A DNA stretch of 64,000 nt from Lepidodermella squamata (Eukaryota; Animalia; Gastrotricha): NCBI GenBank assembly GCA_047495785.1, contig JBLDXI010000102.1, positions 1 through 64,000 on the forward strand. Reading direction: 5' to 3'. The position numbers and the translations under genes were made by a program. The notes below the pieces were generated by a model that was not told the DNA's origin, did no database searches, and worked only from the letters and a program-made list of their open reading frames with translations. Below are positions 37,747-49,350 of this stretch, piece by piece. Position 1 is the first letter of the stretch. Each line of letters starts with the position of its first letter.

Positions 37747-38224
37747 TACCGTATTTAGTCGTATCAAAGCCGCGGCGCTCATTTTCCTGATTTTCTGATT
37801 TTCTGAAAGAGGGGTAAAAATGCGGCGATTATTGGAATGCGGCGTTTATTTGATTGCAGCCTTTATTATTTCCATTTCCGCGTTCTTACATTGTTACGTG
37901 ACCGCTGGGCGTGTCGACCTATGTTGACACAGATGGAGTGACCGTGAGGTAGCTGTTAGAGAGGTACTTATCTCGGATTAAGCCTTCACTTTCATGCGCT
38001 AACGCCGAATTCTGATAGATTACATGTCGCGTGGGGGTCTCGGGTTACTTGGGCACCTTCGGCGTCGTGGTAGGAGTCCTAGAGACAAGGGTGTTGTTAC
38101 TCGCGCGGCGATTATTCGAGTGCGGCCTTTATTGCGCGCGTTTTATTGAAAATTCATTTTTTGCGGCGATTAATCGAGTGCAGCCTTTATTCGGCGTGCG
38201 GCCTTTATACGACTAAATACGGTA
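37747..38224. mobile_element. pogo/Tigger-like MITE
   Basis: TACCGTATTTAGTCGTAT...ATACGACTAAATACGGTA with GCGGC subterminal repeats. Confidence 0.85.
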
Positions 38225-38371
38225 AGGGTTTAAAATGTGGGAACTGAGCTTTCACTTTCTGAGCTTTCACTAATCTAATTAAAAATCATCAAAAATAATC
38301 TGGGATATTTATTTATATGAGATTGTCTTCATGGTCCAGGGTTTTCATGCGAAGGTAAGGGCAAGGTTACC

Positions 38372-38691
38372 TATAGGGTGATCAAGAAATAAGCTTGTTT
38401 TTGTTAAGTTACTAACTAAAAAATCTACCTTAATTCGGTAGCTAAGAAGTTTACAGCTTTGAACTATTGAACAATCTAACTGCAAATGCGAATAACCCTT
38501 GAAAATGACTGTTAAGATTGCAGTCGAAACGTCGGGATTTACAATAAACGCGCTAATAATTACAAGCAAGCTCATTTCAAAACGCCTTCTCATTCGGATC
38601 AAGAAAATACGTATTTGTTTAGCCAAAGCGCGTGCCATAAGTAACAATGCTATTTATAACTACCTACCTATTATTTCTTGAACACCCTGTA
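38372..38691. mobile_element. Tc1/mariner-like MITE
   Basis: TATAGGGTGATCAAGAAATA...TATTTCTTGAACACCCTGTA. Confidence 0.75.
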
Positions 38692-41599
38692 AATATGCAT
38701 AAAAACAGTCGGAATTTTTCGAACACGTGATATTCCATTACCATTCCCCAGGCTCATTTTAGGTTCAGTATGCAGTTTAGGTTCAGAAGTGAAGCTTTTA
38801 TGCAAATTCAGGGCAACCTCGAGCGATTTTTAATGTTTTCATTTTTTCAGAAATTATGGCTCGCCAACCGTGAGGAATAGGCTGGTGAGATTTTGTGAGC
38901 TAACTCCTACTGGGTTCTCACTGTTTATGATCAAAATATAAGCTTGGAGAACCTCAGGTTTATAGAATGTGGAAATTTTACATGCATATTTAGGTAACCT
39001 TACCCAAATGCGATTATTTTAAAAATATCAGAAACTAAGTTTTCTGCGAAGTTGGAAAAAATCGTTACGGTTAAGAAACTATGATCTTTTATTGGAACAA
39101 AATTTTCTGTTGCGGAACCGAACTCGAAATATACAAATAGTTATTTTTTGAATAATTTTAGGAATTTAAGACAAATATAAGCATGATTTTATTTTAGGCG
39201 AATTTCATACAAAATTTGATGATTATTTATTTCAAATTATATATTGGTCAACAATCATGTCAACTCTCAAAGTTCCGAAAGGGGGTTTCAGGCCCATTAA
39301 AAATAAAGATTTGGTTCCGCTTAAATGAGAACCCTAAATCAATTCCACTAAATCGTTGCCTCGTTTGATTAAACTTACAATTTCTTTGCCACGTTAGCAT
39401 ACACAGAAAGTAGGTGAAATGGGAGGAAATTTGCCGTCATGGCGAGCGCGAAAAAAGAACAGATACCAAATGTATCCTTAAAAGTATTGATGGGAACGGC
39501 GATTCCTTCACCAATCAGCTCAAGTGCAGCCGTCCAGGGCCCCATCTAAAAACTAAATTTACAGAAGACAACGAATGGGTTAAAGATTACTCTTTGAACC
39601 ACGACTTTTCGAGCAAAGCTGCTCAAAAAACAGCTAGCAAAAAATGCAAAAATCGACCGCATTGGCGATCGAACCATGAGCATCGCCATGAACGAAGTTA
39701 CGAAAATTATGGTCAACTTTATATTGATGTCATCCTCTTCTTTCTCGGCGGCATTCTCGAAGAAAAAAATGTTTTGAAATAATTTCATTTCTAAATCTTC
39801 GCGTAAAATATCAACGGTGAAATTCGGAGAGATAAATGCACAGCTTCATCCTTTGAAATTATTCACCTTGTATGCCAAAAGGATGCAAAATCGTGAAATG
39901 TTCAATTTTTATGGGAAAATAAAATTAAATAGCAGAAACTAGCACAAAAATTCGACTTCTTGTTGCTTGCATGACGTTAAATAAGAGATTGAAAGAAAAA
40001 TAAACAGAAATTCAACGCGGAGCTGTCAAATAAACAGTGGTCTGTAAGGTTGGTAAATTTCCGACTCGGTTAATTTACGCTGCGGCTACATCATGGTGAT
40101 CGGAGGCAATTAATAACGACGAGGTGAAACTGAGCAAGTTCGAAGCGGCTCTATACATTAAATGACTTTTTAAATGCTAAAAAGATAATTTTATTATCAG
40201 CTAAAATAAGATCGCGTGTCAAAAAATTTCAAATTGCCATATAAGGAATTTCAATATTTTTGTGAGCACACAGGACGTTTTTTGATCAGGAAATGCTATA
40301 GACAAAAAACTTTTCCCGGCTAATTCCAACCTACAAAGAATTCAAAAATATACCAATTGACCTTGGCATTTTTTAAACTGTTTAGGTCATTCCCATCCAT
40401 TGTTATTATTGTGATGTAACAATGAAATTGGCAGATAAAGTTAAATTCTTGAAAAATAAAGTTCAACTCTATTTTAACGAGCAAAAATTCGCTTCCATTT
40501 TATCTTAAACAAGAACTTTTAGCTAAAATGGCTGTTAATTTTTTACTACCTTCGATCACCACCCCCCATATCTTAGCGAGAACAGCTCTTGGCTAAGTTG
40601 TAAGCAAATTTCACTAGCAAGGGATCGCATCCATCAACATAGATTTTATTTATTTTTCTCCATTAAATCTGCTCACAAATTTTACCTGAACTACGGTGAA
40701 CTATGTCCACAATCTGAATATTCTTACTGATTCAGTTATCCATTTGCCAGGTTAGTAATATTTATGCCTTGATTAACACTAGAATATGCAAGACGTATCT
40801 CTTTGCAGAAATCCCGTGAAAAACTCGAAAACGAAGCCCGAAAAACACGTTTCTCTCCAACATTGAACTTTTTCACCAAAAATCACAAGAAGCAGTTCCT
40901 TTACCAATTTCTCAGATGTTATCCAAATTAAATGAAAATTTCAGGAACGTTCACACCAGACTAGGTTTATCGACCGGTACCCGCTCCAAAAAATTCCTCA
41001 TGGTTACGGGGTTATTAAAAACTACGAGGCAAAGAAATTATCACCCATACTTTATTATCATATTAATATAAGCTTATTGAGGAGTAAATAGAGTACGCTC
41101 TTGATTGTGCGCCAACGAAATTTTATCAAAAGGGTTAAAATGATTTGTACATGACTCGGGTATTTTGCATCGTATTTTCGCATTCAAAAAATAAGACCTG
41201 AACACCTCCTGGTTTTCGTCTTTGGAGAAAAAAATCTCAAATGGAAATTTTGCGTTTTTTGCACTTATAATTGAAATCAAAATTAATAAAAAATGGAAAA
41301 GCAAGCCGGATTTTGAACCTGAACAGACTATCGATATAGCTGTTTTATTTCGATTTTATTTTATATTATAACGAGTGAAGAAACCAGAATTGTCCTCGGG
41401 TCTCACAGATCCGGACCGACCCGGGGACAAAGAAACGAATTATTTATTTCGATGAGCACTTTGTAATGACGGGAGGTAAACTGGAAACTATTAAATACTC
41501 AGAATTGGAGAGGTGATGCATACGTAAGAGATCAATTAATAACAATTTGAAAGCCAAGAAATGGCAAGGAACATTATTAGCATCACCCCGTACGCAACA

Positions 41600-41976
41600 G
41601 AGAGTCGCTTCATGGGTTGAGGAAATTCGACATTGAATTTTTCCCTTCGAATTTTGAAGAAAGCGTTTTCAATTTGTTTCAAGGATGGAATGGCTATCAA
41701 TTTATTATTTTTTTCCAGTGCCGCAAGAACAACCCGTGGATTGCTCCGATCATCGACTGCATTCCGAATTATCCATTTCACGTCTGGCGAAAGTCGGCCC
41801 AACTTCGAGCCAGTGATAAATTTGTGTGAATGATCGCCCTTCTCCTTCAGTGAGATCTCTCCCGATTGCTTGTCGTACAACAAGGTTGCGCTTGCCTTGC
41901 AGGATAAAAAACCAACCTTAGCGTAATAACTGCAACGATAATAAAGTGTTATTGCGCCATTTCCTTGCATAAACAA
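41600..41976 (-). pseudogene. MULE-type transposase N-terminal fragment (WRKY/GCM1-like zinc finger)
   Basis: YYRC-x9-CKA...GDHSH followed by LSPDVKWII...PSLKQIEN; no catalytic domain seen. Confidence 0.6.
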
Positions 41977-43001
41977 CAGTTGGAGAGAAAATTAATAAAA
42001 TAAATTAAAAAACCTCTGTTGAACGACGAATAAATTCGCATCAGCGGTCTGTTTTCTTTCATCCATGTTTTAGCCATATCTGTCATTTTTTAAAGCGTAA
42101 CAGATCAACTAAGCTGGCCAGATAAGGAAAAATATTTGAAGATTATAATGGTATAGGTTTGAATTAAAGGCTCTCCCTGCTCTCTGCCGCCTTGATTTGA
42201 GGCATTAGGATTATGTAGGAAGTGTAGGATTGTATCCCAATGACCAGTCGTAAATAACTACGCATAATTCTAGAGGCGCGTATATAATGCGCGCACGTCA
42301 TCAAAATTACTGCGAAAATAGCCATTAATCTAACTGCATTGCGAGTTAAGTATATCAAATCTCGATATCCAAGCGTTCCTAGTAGGCTTTGGTAGGCTTT
42401 GGTACGATTTATACTTTTCCGTAATTATCCGCATTTATTCTTACCCCTTTTATTCTTGAAATTCATCAAAATATCATTATTATCCTTAGTCCTCCAACTA
42501 TAATAGCTTCTTGAAAGCAGCCCCTTCCGCCAAATTTCGAATTTCAGGTGTGAATGGAATTCTTTGTTATTATTTCTAGATATTACTTCTTTCCACTAAT
42601 ATCTAGAGCATCCCGCCTTAAATTCGGTCAATTTCAGGGTTTTTACTACTTTGCCAGCTAGGTGAAATTTTATGATGTTTATGGTAGCATCTGAAACATG
42701 AAACGCCCATTTAGAACCACTTTTTTGATCGCGTGCTTGGAAAATCATTAGATAGATTGGCTCAACAACGCGTATTCCTTGAGATGCGTGCAAAAACCTG
42801 CTCACAGCTCTTTGTGTCCGAATTTCGGCCCGTAGCCGAGGTTAGGTCGCAAAGGCCAGATTTAGGAAGTGAAATTAAAATTCGTCTGTGCTTCGTGATT
42901 CGTGACAAAGAAAACTATTGTTGCGAATTCCCATGGTCCCAGCAGAATTCCAGTTCAAGTTTTCTCGAAATGTTCATTCGCAAAATTGTATTTCGACGCT
43001 A

Positions 43002-43189
43002 TACAGGGTGCAAGGTGGCCAAAAAATTCGGCGGAAGCCGAATTCGATGAACATCAATTTTATGAGGATTTTTGAAAATTTGATGAATTTCAAGCATTTT
43101 TTTTCCAATAGAACTCAATTTCTTGAAATTTCTCATTAAAACAATTCGCATCGAATTTGCCTTCTGCCGAATTTTTTGGCCACCCTGTA
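43002..43189. mobile_element. Tc1/mariner-like MITE
   Basis: TACAGGGTG..GGCCAAAAAATTCGGC / GCCGAATTTTTTGGCCACCCTGTA. Confidence 0.8.
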
Positions 43190-43437
43190 CGAGCTTTCTA
43201 TTCGTAAATCATGTGGTGCATGTTTACGCTGGATTTCGCTGTTTAAAAATACCAAAAACATAATAATTTGCGTATGAAAATGAATATCGGTATAGTGGGC
43301 AACACATCGGGTGGACAATCGATATAAAGTAGTGACCGAAAAATGAGGTCTCATGTATGCTATTTAGCGCACGCATTATACTTGCGATTCGATTTTTTCG
43401 ATTTTTCAAACGGCGCCGGTTAGGTGCTATTAAGTGT

Positions 43438-43937
43438 TACCGTTAATTGGGGCACAATGGTCACGGGAAAAAACGACCCCCTGTTTTATTTCGCATTTTT
43501 ACCGTTTCAGAGGATCCTGATTCCGATTTTATAGGAAGCAAATTGAGCTTCGAGCCAGGTTTGGGGCAAATTGGACAGGTGTTTTGGGGCTAATTGGCCA
43601 CCCTTATCATTATAATGGGTTTAAAATATTTAATGATTGTGACGGTTGGTCGGAGGAAAAAATGTTTTAACATGAAACCTCGTTATTTGTTCCAGCTGAT
43701 TCAATTTAAAGGGGTCATTTTACCTCCATAAACTCATCTTTATACAACAACATGCTGTGACCTGATTTTGGGACATACTTGGCTAAAAATTTGCAGGCTT
43801 GTAGGAGCCTTGTTGATAATCGTCCCCGCAAATTTTTGTTAAGTTTGGCTAGCTAGTTTTGAGCCATCGATAAAACTGGGAAACCTCAATTTTTGGCCAA
43901 TTAGCCCCAAAGGTTCATTTTGCCCCAAATGACGGTA
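43438..43937. mobile_element. pogo-like MITE
   Basis: TACCGTTAATTGGGGCA...TGCCCCAAATGACGGTA with internal TTGGGGC repeats. Confidence 0.75.
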
Positions 43938-44065
43938 AGTCATAGAACCGAGGGTAACATTGCTACTCGAAAATCGTGCCCATGAATAAACATTTCCGAT
44001 TTACAAGATGGTGCCAAAAAATTACCATTAATTCATTTTGGAATCTGAACTACGGTTTCTAGCTT

Positions 44066-44403
44066 CATTGTGGAACCACTCAAAAGTCCAATTCCAATGC
44101 GCACGCTGATTGGTCAATCAATCGTTGCTATGACTCCCGGATGAAACAGTATGGTCGTGCGATCCATACTATTTTTTGCAACAAGTGTTTTTCGCCGCAG
44201 TCATTTTCCACGATTATTATGGGGTTTACGCTCGTGGTCAATGGAAACCGTGCAGAGGGTGTGGCAAGGTCATTTTTTCCTAAATAAAAAATAATTTATT
44301 AGTGGATCGCACGTCGGAAATGTTTCATCCCGGGGTCATAGCAACGATCAATTGACCAATCAACGTGCGCGTCAAATTTCAACTTTTTAGTGGTTCCACA
44401 ATG
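44066..44403. mobile_element. MITE with about 90-bp TIRs just upstream of the Cys-rich gene
   Basis: CATTGTGGAACCACT...AGTGGTTCCACAATG; no TSD evident. Confidence 0.75.
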
Positions 44404-44623
44404 TTAAAAGGGATTCACCTCGTCTTTGGATTCACTTTAAAACTGAACTATAATACGAAATCATGAAACCGAAGTCTTGCCAATGTAATTTTGGATTGCT
44501 GATCGTGATTTAGGAATGGCAACTTCTTTTCGGCTAAGAATCAATCGATTTTTTGTCAAAATAATTCTATAAATGATCTGGTAGTACTTTAAAGCACCTG
44601 TATTGATTCGAACAAGAAGCAAC

Positions 44624-46864
44624 ATGGAATCGATGAGAAGGAGCATATTGGTTCTGTCTGTTACTCTTTCTTTCGTGATTTACTTGCAGGCTGCTATCAT
44701 ACCGGTTGGTGGTGGCGTCGCTAACGTCGTGCTTAAGCAAAATCGAGTCGAGGAACGTCTTACTGATAATGAGCAATCTTCCACCACTCCAATGCCGCCT
44801 AGCGCTGCACAAACTAGCTCAACGTCAATCCCTGCTACGTCATTACCGAGACGAAAGTTGCACAAATCTAGCTGCAACGATAAGCTATATCTCGAGATAG
44901 CCGCTGGTGTTTACGAAAAATTTCGGAATATTCCAGAAAAAGGTATTTTTCTCTGCACAAAAGATGAATTCGACAGCAACATTAGGGAACATTGCTCGTG
45001 CCCACTTCCTGAAAAACTGAAGACCAAATTTTCGATCTCTATGCAGAAAACCTGCTACTTCACTGCATCGCCATGTAGCGTGGAACTTGATATGGAAACT
45101 TGCGAAACGGCAATAATGTCAAGAAGTCGAGAACCTGAAATTATGATTGCTGCGTTGCGAAACCTACACAAAGAAATTGAAATGTTATGCTGTCACGTGG
45201 CATGTGCTGAACAAAAGGAACAAGCATACGTCGAGGGATTCACCACGTCACAACAACCGAGTGGCATCGATTTGCTCAAAACTCTTCAAAAGAAGCCTTT
45301 GCTATCCACAACAACCTTAAAGCCGGCAGTTGCGACTAAAAGTGCTTGCGATATAGATCTCGCTAACGAAGGGGCCAAAATGATTCAAAAATACAAAAAT
45401 GGGTACGCTCTTCGTATTTGCGTGTTTCAGTGGCTCCGAGATGAGCGTGATGATTGCACATGCCCATTAACGCCTACTCAAAGGACAAAGCTGACCATAA
45501 TGCTGCACAAAGCATGCTTCTTTTCTGAGAGTAATTGCTTGGAAGTTGACATTGTAAGCGATTGTCTGAAGAAATTGGAGAAGGAAACTGCGGATGGGAG
45601 CGCAAGTGACTCTTTTCTTGCTCTATACAGTGGCATTAATTCTTTATGCTGCTATCTGAAATGTGGGAGCATTTCGCAAGAACAGTCATCCATTCTTACA
45701 GAGCCTCACACTCACCCTGCAATCAGCACCGTTGAAGAAGAAGGAGAAAACGACGAATCAATTAATTTTCGGGCTATTCTTGCTGAAGCTTCAAGCTCGA
45801 CTGTAAGTTCCGCATTGAAATTAGAATCCGAGAAACCTACGCAGCATCTAACCGGCCATGGAGAGGATTGTTCGAGTTCTGTCGGCCCAAGTTTAGGGTC
45901 CGAGCTCGTTTATTTCTATAGACAAACAAAAAATACGAATCTTCGTGAATGCCTGAATAATTGGCTAGACAAAACAAAGGCTGGCAACGCCTGCACGACG
46001 CCAATTGCACTGGAGGTACATTTCAGGCTAGCAAAGCAACTTATGCAATGCTTTGACTCAGGATTATGCACAAACCAAAATGATTTGCTATCTTGCATGA
46101 ACGCACTTCCGTCCTTGGAGCAGCGGTCTAATTTCGCGAAACTTTACAATCATGTACATTTCATTTGCTGTTTCTTAAATAAGGAGAAAGAGGGTTATTC
46201 AGAATGGCTTTCAAAAGTATGTGTTTTACCTTTCATCGATTAACAAAATGTAATGTTTTTCGTCCAGGCCATAGAAACGCCCACTCGGGTTGCGCAACAA
46301 GGTATAACAGGGACTTTGGAAACATGCAGAGCCGCTGTGGAGTTATTTGCCAACATCTCGGTTCCCACCAGGATTTTCGCGTCGCAATTTTCTCTTGTGC
46401 CGGTATGCTATGAAGACTTCATTCTCTGGAAGCAACTTCCTTACTCTGTTGCGGTTTTGTACATCGCCTTGTCGGCTTTCATGTATTCAAAGACTTACTC
46501 TTACTTTAGACGGATATTGTGGATTCTTCTGGCGTTGTCCGTCGTTTTAATGCACGCATTTCTCGAATATCGAATTTCTGATTTTTTTCTGAACGCCTCT
46601 GAATTGCATCCCTATCTTTTCCAGTTTTTGGTGGTTTTTTTCAGATGGCCACTTATTTGTTCGTTATATTACTTCTGTAGCTTTTCTCAATTATGGCGTT
46701 ACAGTAGCACTGCTATTTTTACGATCCAGGGCAGTTTGAAGAAATTACTAAGCAAGCCTGCTGTTAATATCGTCGATGGGAACGAGGGAAAAGAAGAGGT
46801 CGATTTTGTTGCAAAAGTCACTCGATCTCAGCCTGCAGGTCAACTTAGAAATCGACGGAATTGA
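44624..46864 (+). CDS. 729-aa cell-surface-type protein with three Cys-rich repeats and about 3 C-terminal TM helices (exons 44624-46216, 46268-46864)
   Basis: A 51-bp phase-0 GTATGT...CAG intron joins ORFs 44603 and 46253; signal peptide; S/T-rich linkers; repeats ending in (L/I)CC. Confidence 0.8.
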
Positions 46865-46963
46865 GCAGTTTCAACACAGGGTTTGAATTTTTCTCCCATT
46901 TTTTGCGTGTGAGATCATTCTAAGTATAATTAGTCATAAGCGAAAGGCGCTTACTTATATAAT

Positions 46964-47192
46964 AAAGGGCTGTTAAGGATCGAAAAAAATTACCAACCCA
47001 GATGGTGCCAATTTTGTGCTTTTTCGTAATATATGTACGGCGAATTTCAGAAGAGCACCCCTTGTTAAAAGAATGGTTCTGGCTCCGGACCCCGTGCTTT
47101 TAGCGAGGAAGTATGAAAGACTCTTATTGCGAAAAAGCATATAATTGGCACCATCTGGGGTGGTAATCTTTTTCGATCCTCAACAGTCCTTT
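46964..47192. mobile_element. MITE with about 50-bp TIRs
   Basis: AAAGGGCTGTTAAGGATCGAAAAA...CCCAGATGGTGCCAATT and its reverse complement. Confidence 0.75.
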
Positions 47193-47383
47193 CTGAACAT
47201 TATTTAGAACTTAGAATGTGGGCCACCAGAAAATTTGATTCTGCATAGGTAATAAAAATTAACATTTTTAATTGTGTGGTTACCAATAAACTGCTAAGTG
47301 TTAGCGTCTAATCTATCATATCTCACTAATTTCTTTTTCTTTTTTTTAGAATATTAAATCAAGACCATTGATAGTATTGAAAT

Positions 47384-48719
47384 ATGAGAGTTTACTTGAT
47401 GCTCATCGTCTTAACCGCAAATTATATGATGCTAACCGAAGGTCAAAACCTGATCATTCTGAACGAAGCAAACGTGTCCTTCCCATTAAAGCTTCACCGT
47501 CCCGTTCCCAATTCGATCTACGTGTTTCATTTGCGGGCTATTTACGCTCAATCTGAAATTTTCGCATTGTGGGCTGAACGCAAAGTGAGTTTTTCAACAT
47601 AAGCTTCACTTTCGATAGCCAATTATGCTGTTCCAGATGGTAATTCATCTGTTCGGAAACGAGAAATGCGGTGACGGAGTTAAAGCAGTGATGGGCAAGG
47701 ATCCAGTCAGCGTGTCTATTCAATGTCAAATGGAAGCTGACACCTCAGGTCAACTATCAGAAATATTGAACTTAATTTGGATGCTTCTTTTATATCCTCT
47801 GACAAAATATCAGTCTGCGGCTCGCGAGTATGTAATAATTGTTGAAATGAATCCATTTGACGATAGCTTTGTTGGATTCTGCTCAACAGGCTGCAGCTTC
47901 ACCTCGTACATGGAATCCGTACCATTGAATTGCGTCTGGCTGTTAAATACGGCTGTCGCATTTGCAGTTTTCTTTGGAGCTTCGCAAATATCAAAACGAG
48001 AAGCTATTTATTACATTATTTGCAGTTTAGTTAGCTTGCTATCAATCGCGTTGAGCACAGTTGTTTTGCTGATGGGTTATCTTCACATTACGAAATTTTC
48101 AAAGATGAGCACGCTCGCAAGTATGGTGGGTTTGCTATTGGCGCTTCAGCAGTTGACTAATCCAATCAGCTATCAAATCTTCGACAGCCTTCTGTTTTTT
48201 GCCATTCCCATCGTCTGCGTTGTTATTTTGCTGGCTTTTAACTTTTTTTATCTGAACGGCCCACCAAGTCCAAGAAGTAAGATGTTGATTAAATGGAATT
48301 TGCAAGTTTTTGCGATTGCTTTGATTTTGCTGGGAAGCGGCTACCGATGGCTTGAAATTTTATTATCTCTGACACTAATTTACATGCTGCCATCTATTAT
48401 CAGGCGCTTTTATTGCAAAGACCTGTTCGTATGGAAGAATTCTTTCAGAGAAAATAGCTCCTCAGAGTACCCCAACAAATTCGTTTGGCCGAAAATAACA
48501 ACGTCTCAATACCATGAGATGAGTAAAAGCTACACGGAATCTCAGTTACGTAGCACGATTGATTTCATCCAAAATAGCCCGAATATTCAGTGGCCGCTCG
48601 TTTCGAGACTGCGTGAGCCCGATGCATTCGCAAAATTACATGATACGCATGAATCAGTATTCGGCGATTATGGTAACATTGAAATAATGCCATCTTCATG
48701 TTCAGAAAGTGAAGACTAA
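47384..48719 (+). CDS. NEMP: Divergent NEMP/TMEM194-family nuclear envelope membrane protein, 427 aa (exons 47384-47584, 47637-48719)
   Basis: Signal peptide, about 5 TM helices, GPPSPRSKMLIKWNLQ and ITTSQYHEMSKSYTESQL...WPLVSRLREPDAFA match the NEMP pattern GP...R...LI.W.LQ and LT..EY......T...L...W..VSRL..P..FA; 52-bp phase-0 intron. Confidence 0.82.
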
Positions 48720-49350
48720 AAGATTGGCTATGATCCTGTCAAAAACCTGAAGAAAAAGTAACGTACAGCGTGCCCCAATAGTGCGCAAAAAGTACGCAGG
48801 GAATAGGGATGAGAAAGTCTAAATGAGAAAATGCAGCCACAGCGAAACTTTATGTCCCGATTTCTTCCTCATTTTAAGACATAACTGCGCGCAAATTTGC
48901 ACATAGCCGTAACTTTTTACGCTGAATTCGAATTTTTAATTTGTTTTTGGAAATTCCTAACTGCCACTAACGGCACGTTTTCTTCCTAAAGGCCAAATTT
49001 GTCATAATGAATTGGGAAATTCGCTCGCTAGGTAATTCCTGATTACGACAATTACTATTTCCTTGACTTCAATATTTCCTGAATTAATATTTCCTGCCAG
49101 GAAATCAGGTTATAGCCTGGAATAAAATGGAAATTCTAACAAAAATTGCCATTACCCTCCGCCCTTTATTCCGGTTCTGCTCTATATTTAGGTCCTGCCC
49201 AGTTATTCGGTAGTTTAAATACGGTAGTTTAATTAATCTAATTGGTCGCGCCACTCGCCGCCGCGGCCTTTGGCGCTTCTAGCGATGGAGGGGGTTGGGA
49301 AGGCCCCTACCTTTAGGGAGGGGCTTCGGGGTTGGACATCGCCATATCAC

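Noticed and set aside
39414-39782. 122-aa ORF and other short ORFs in AT-rich cargo (e.g. 37525-37782, 59860-60072)
   Set aside because: No recognisable motifs and no consistent splice model by eye.
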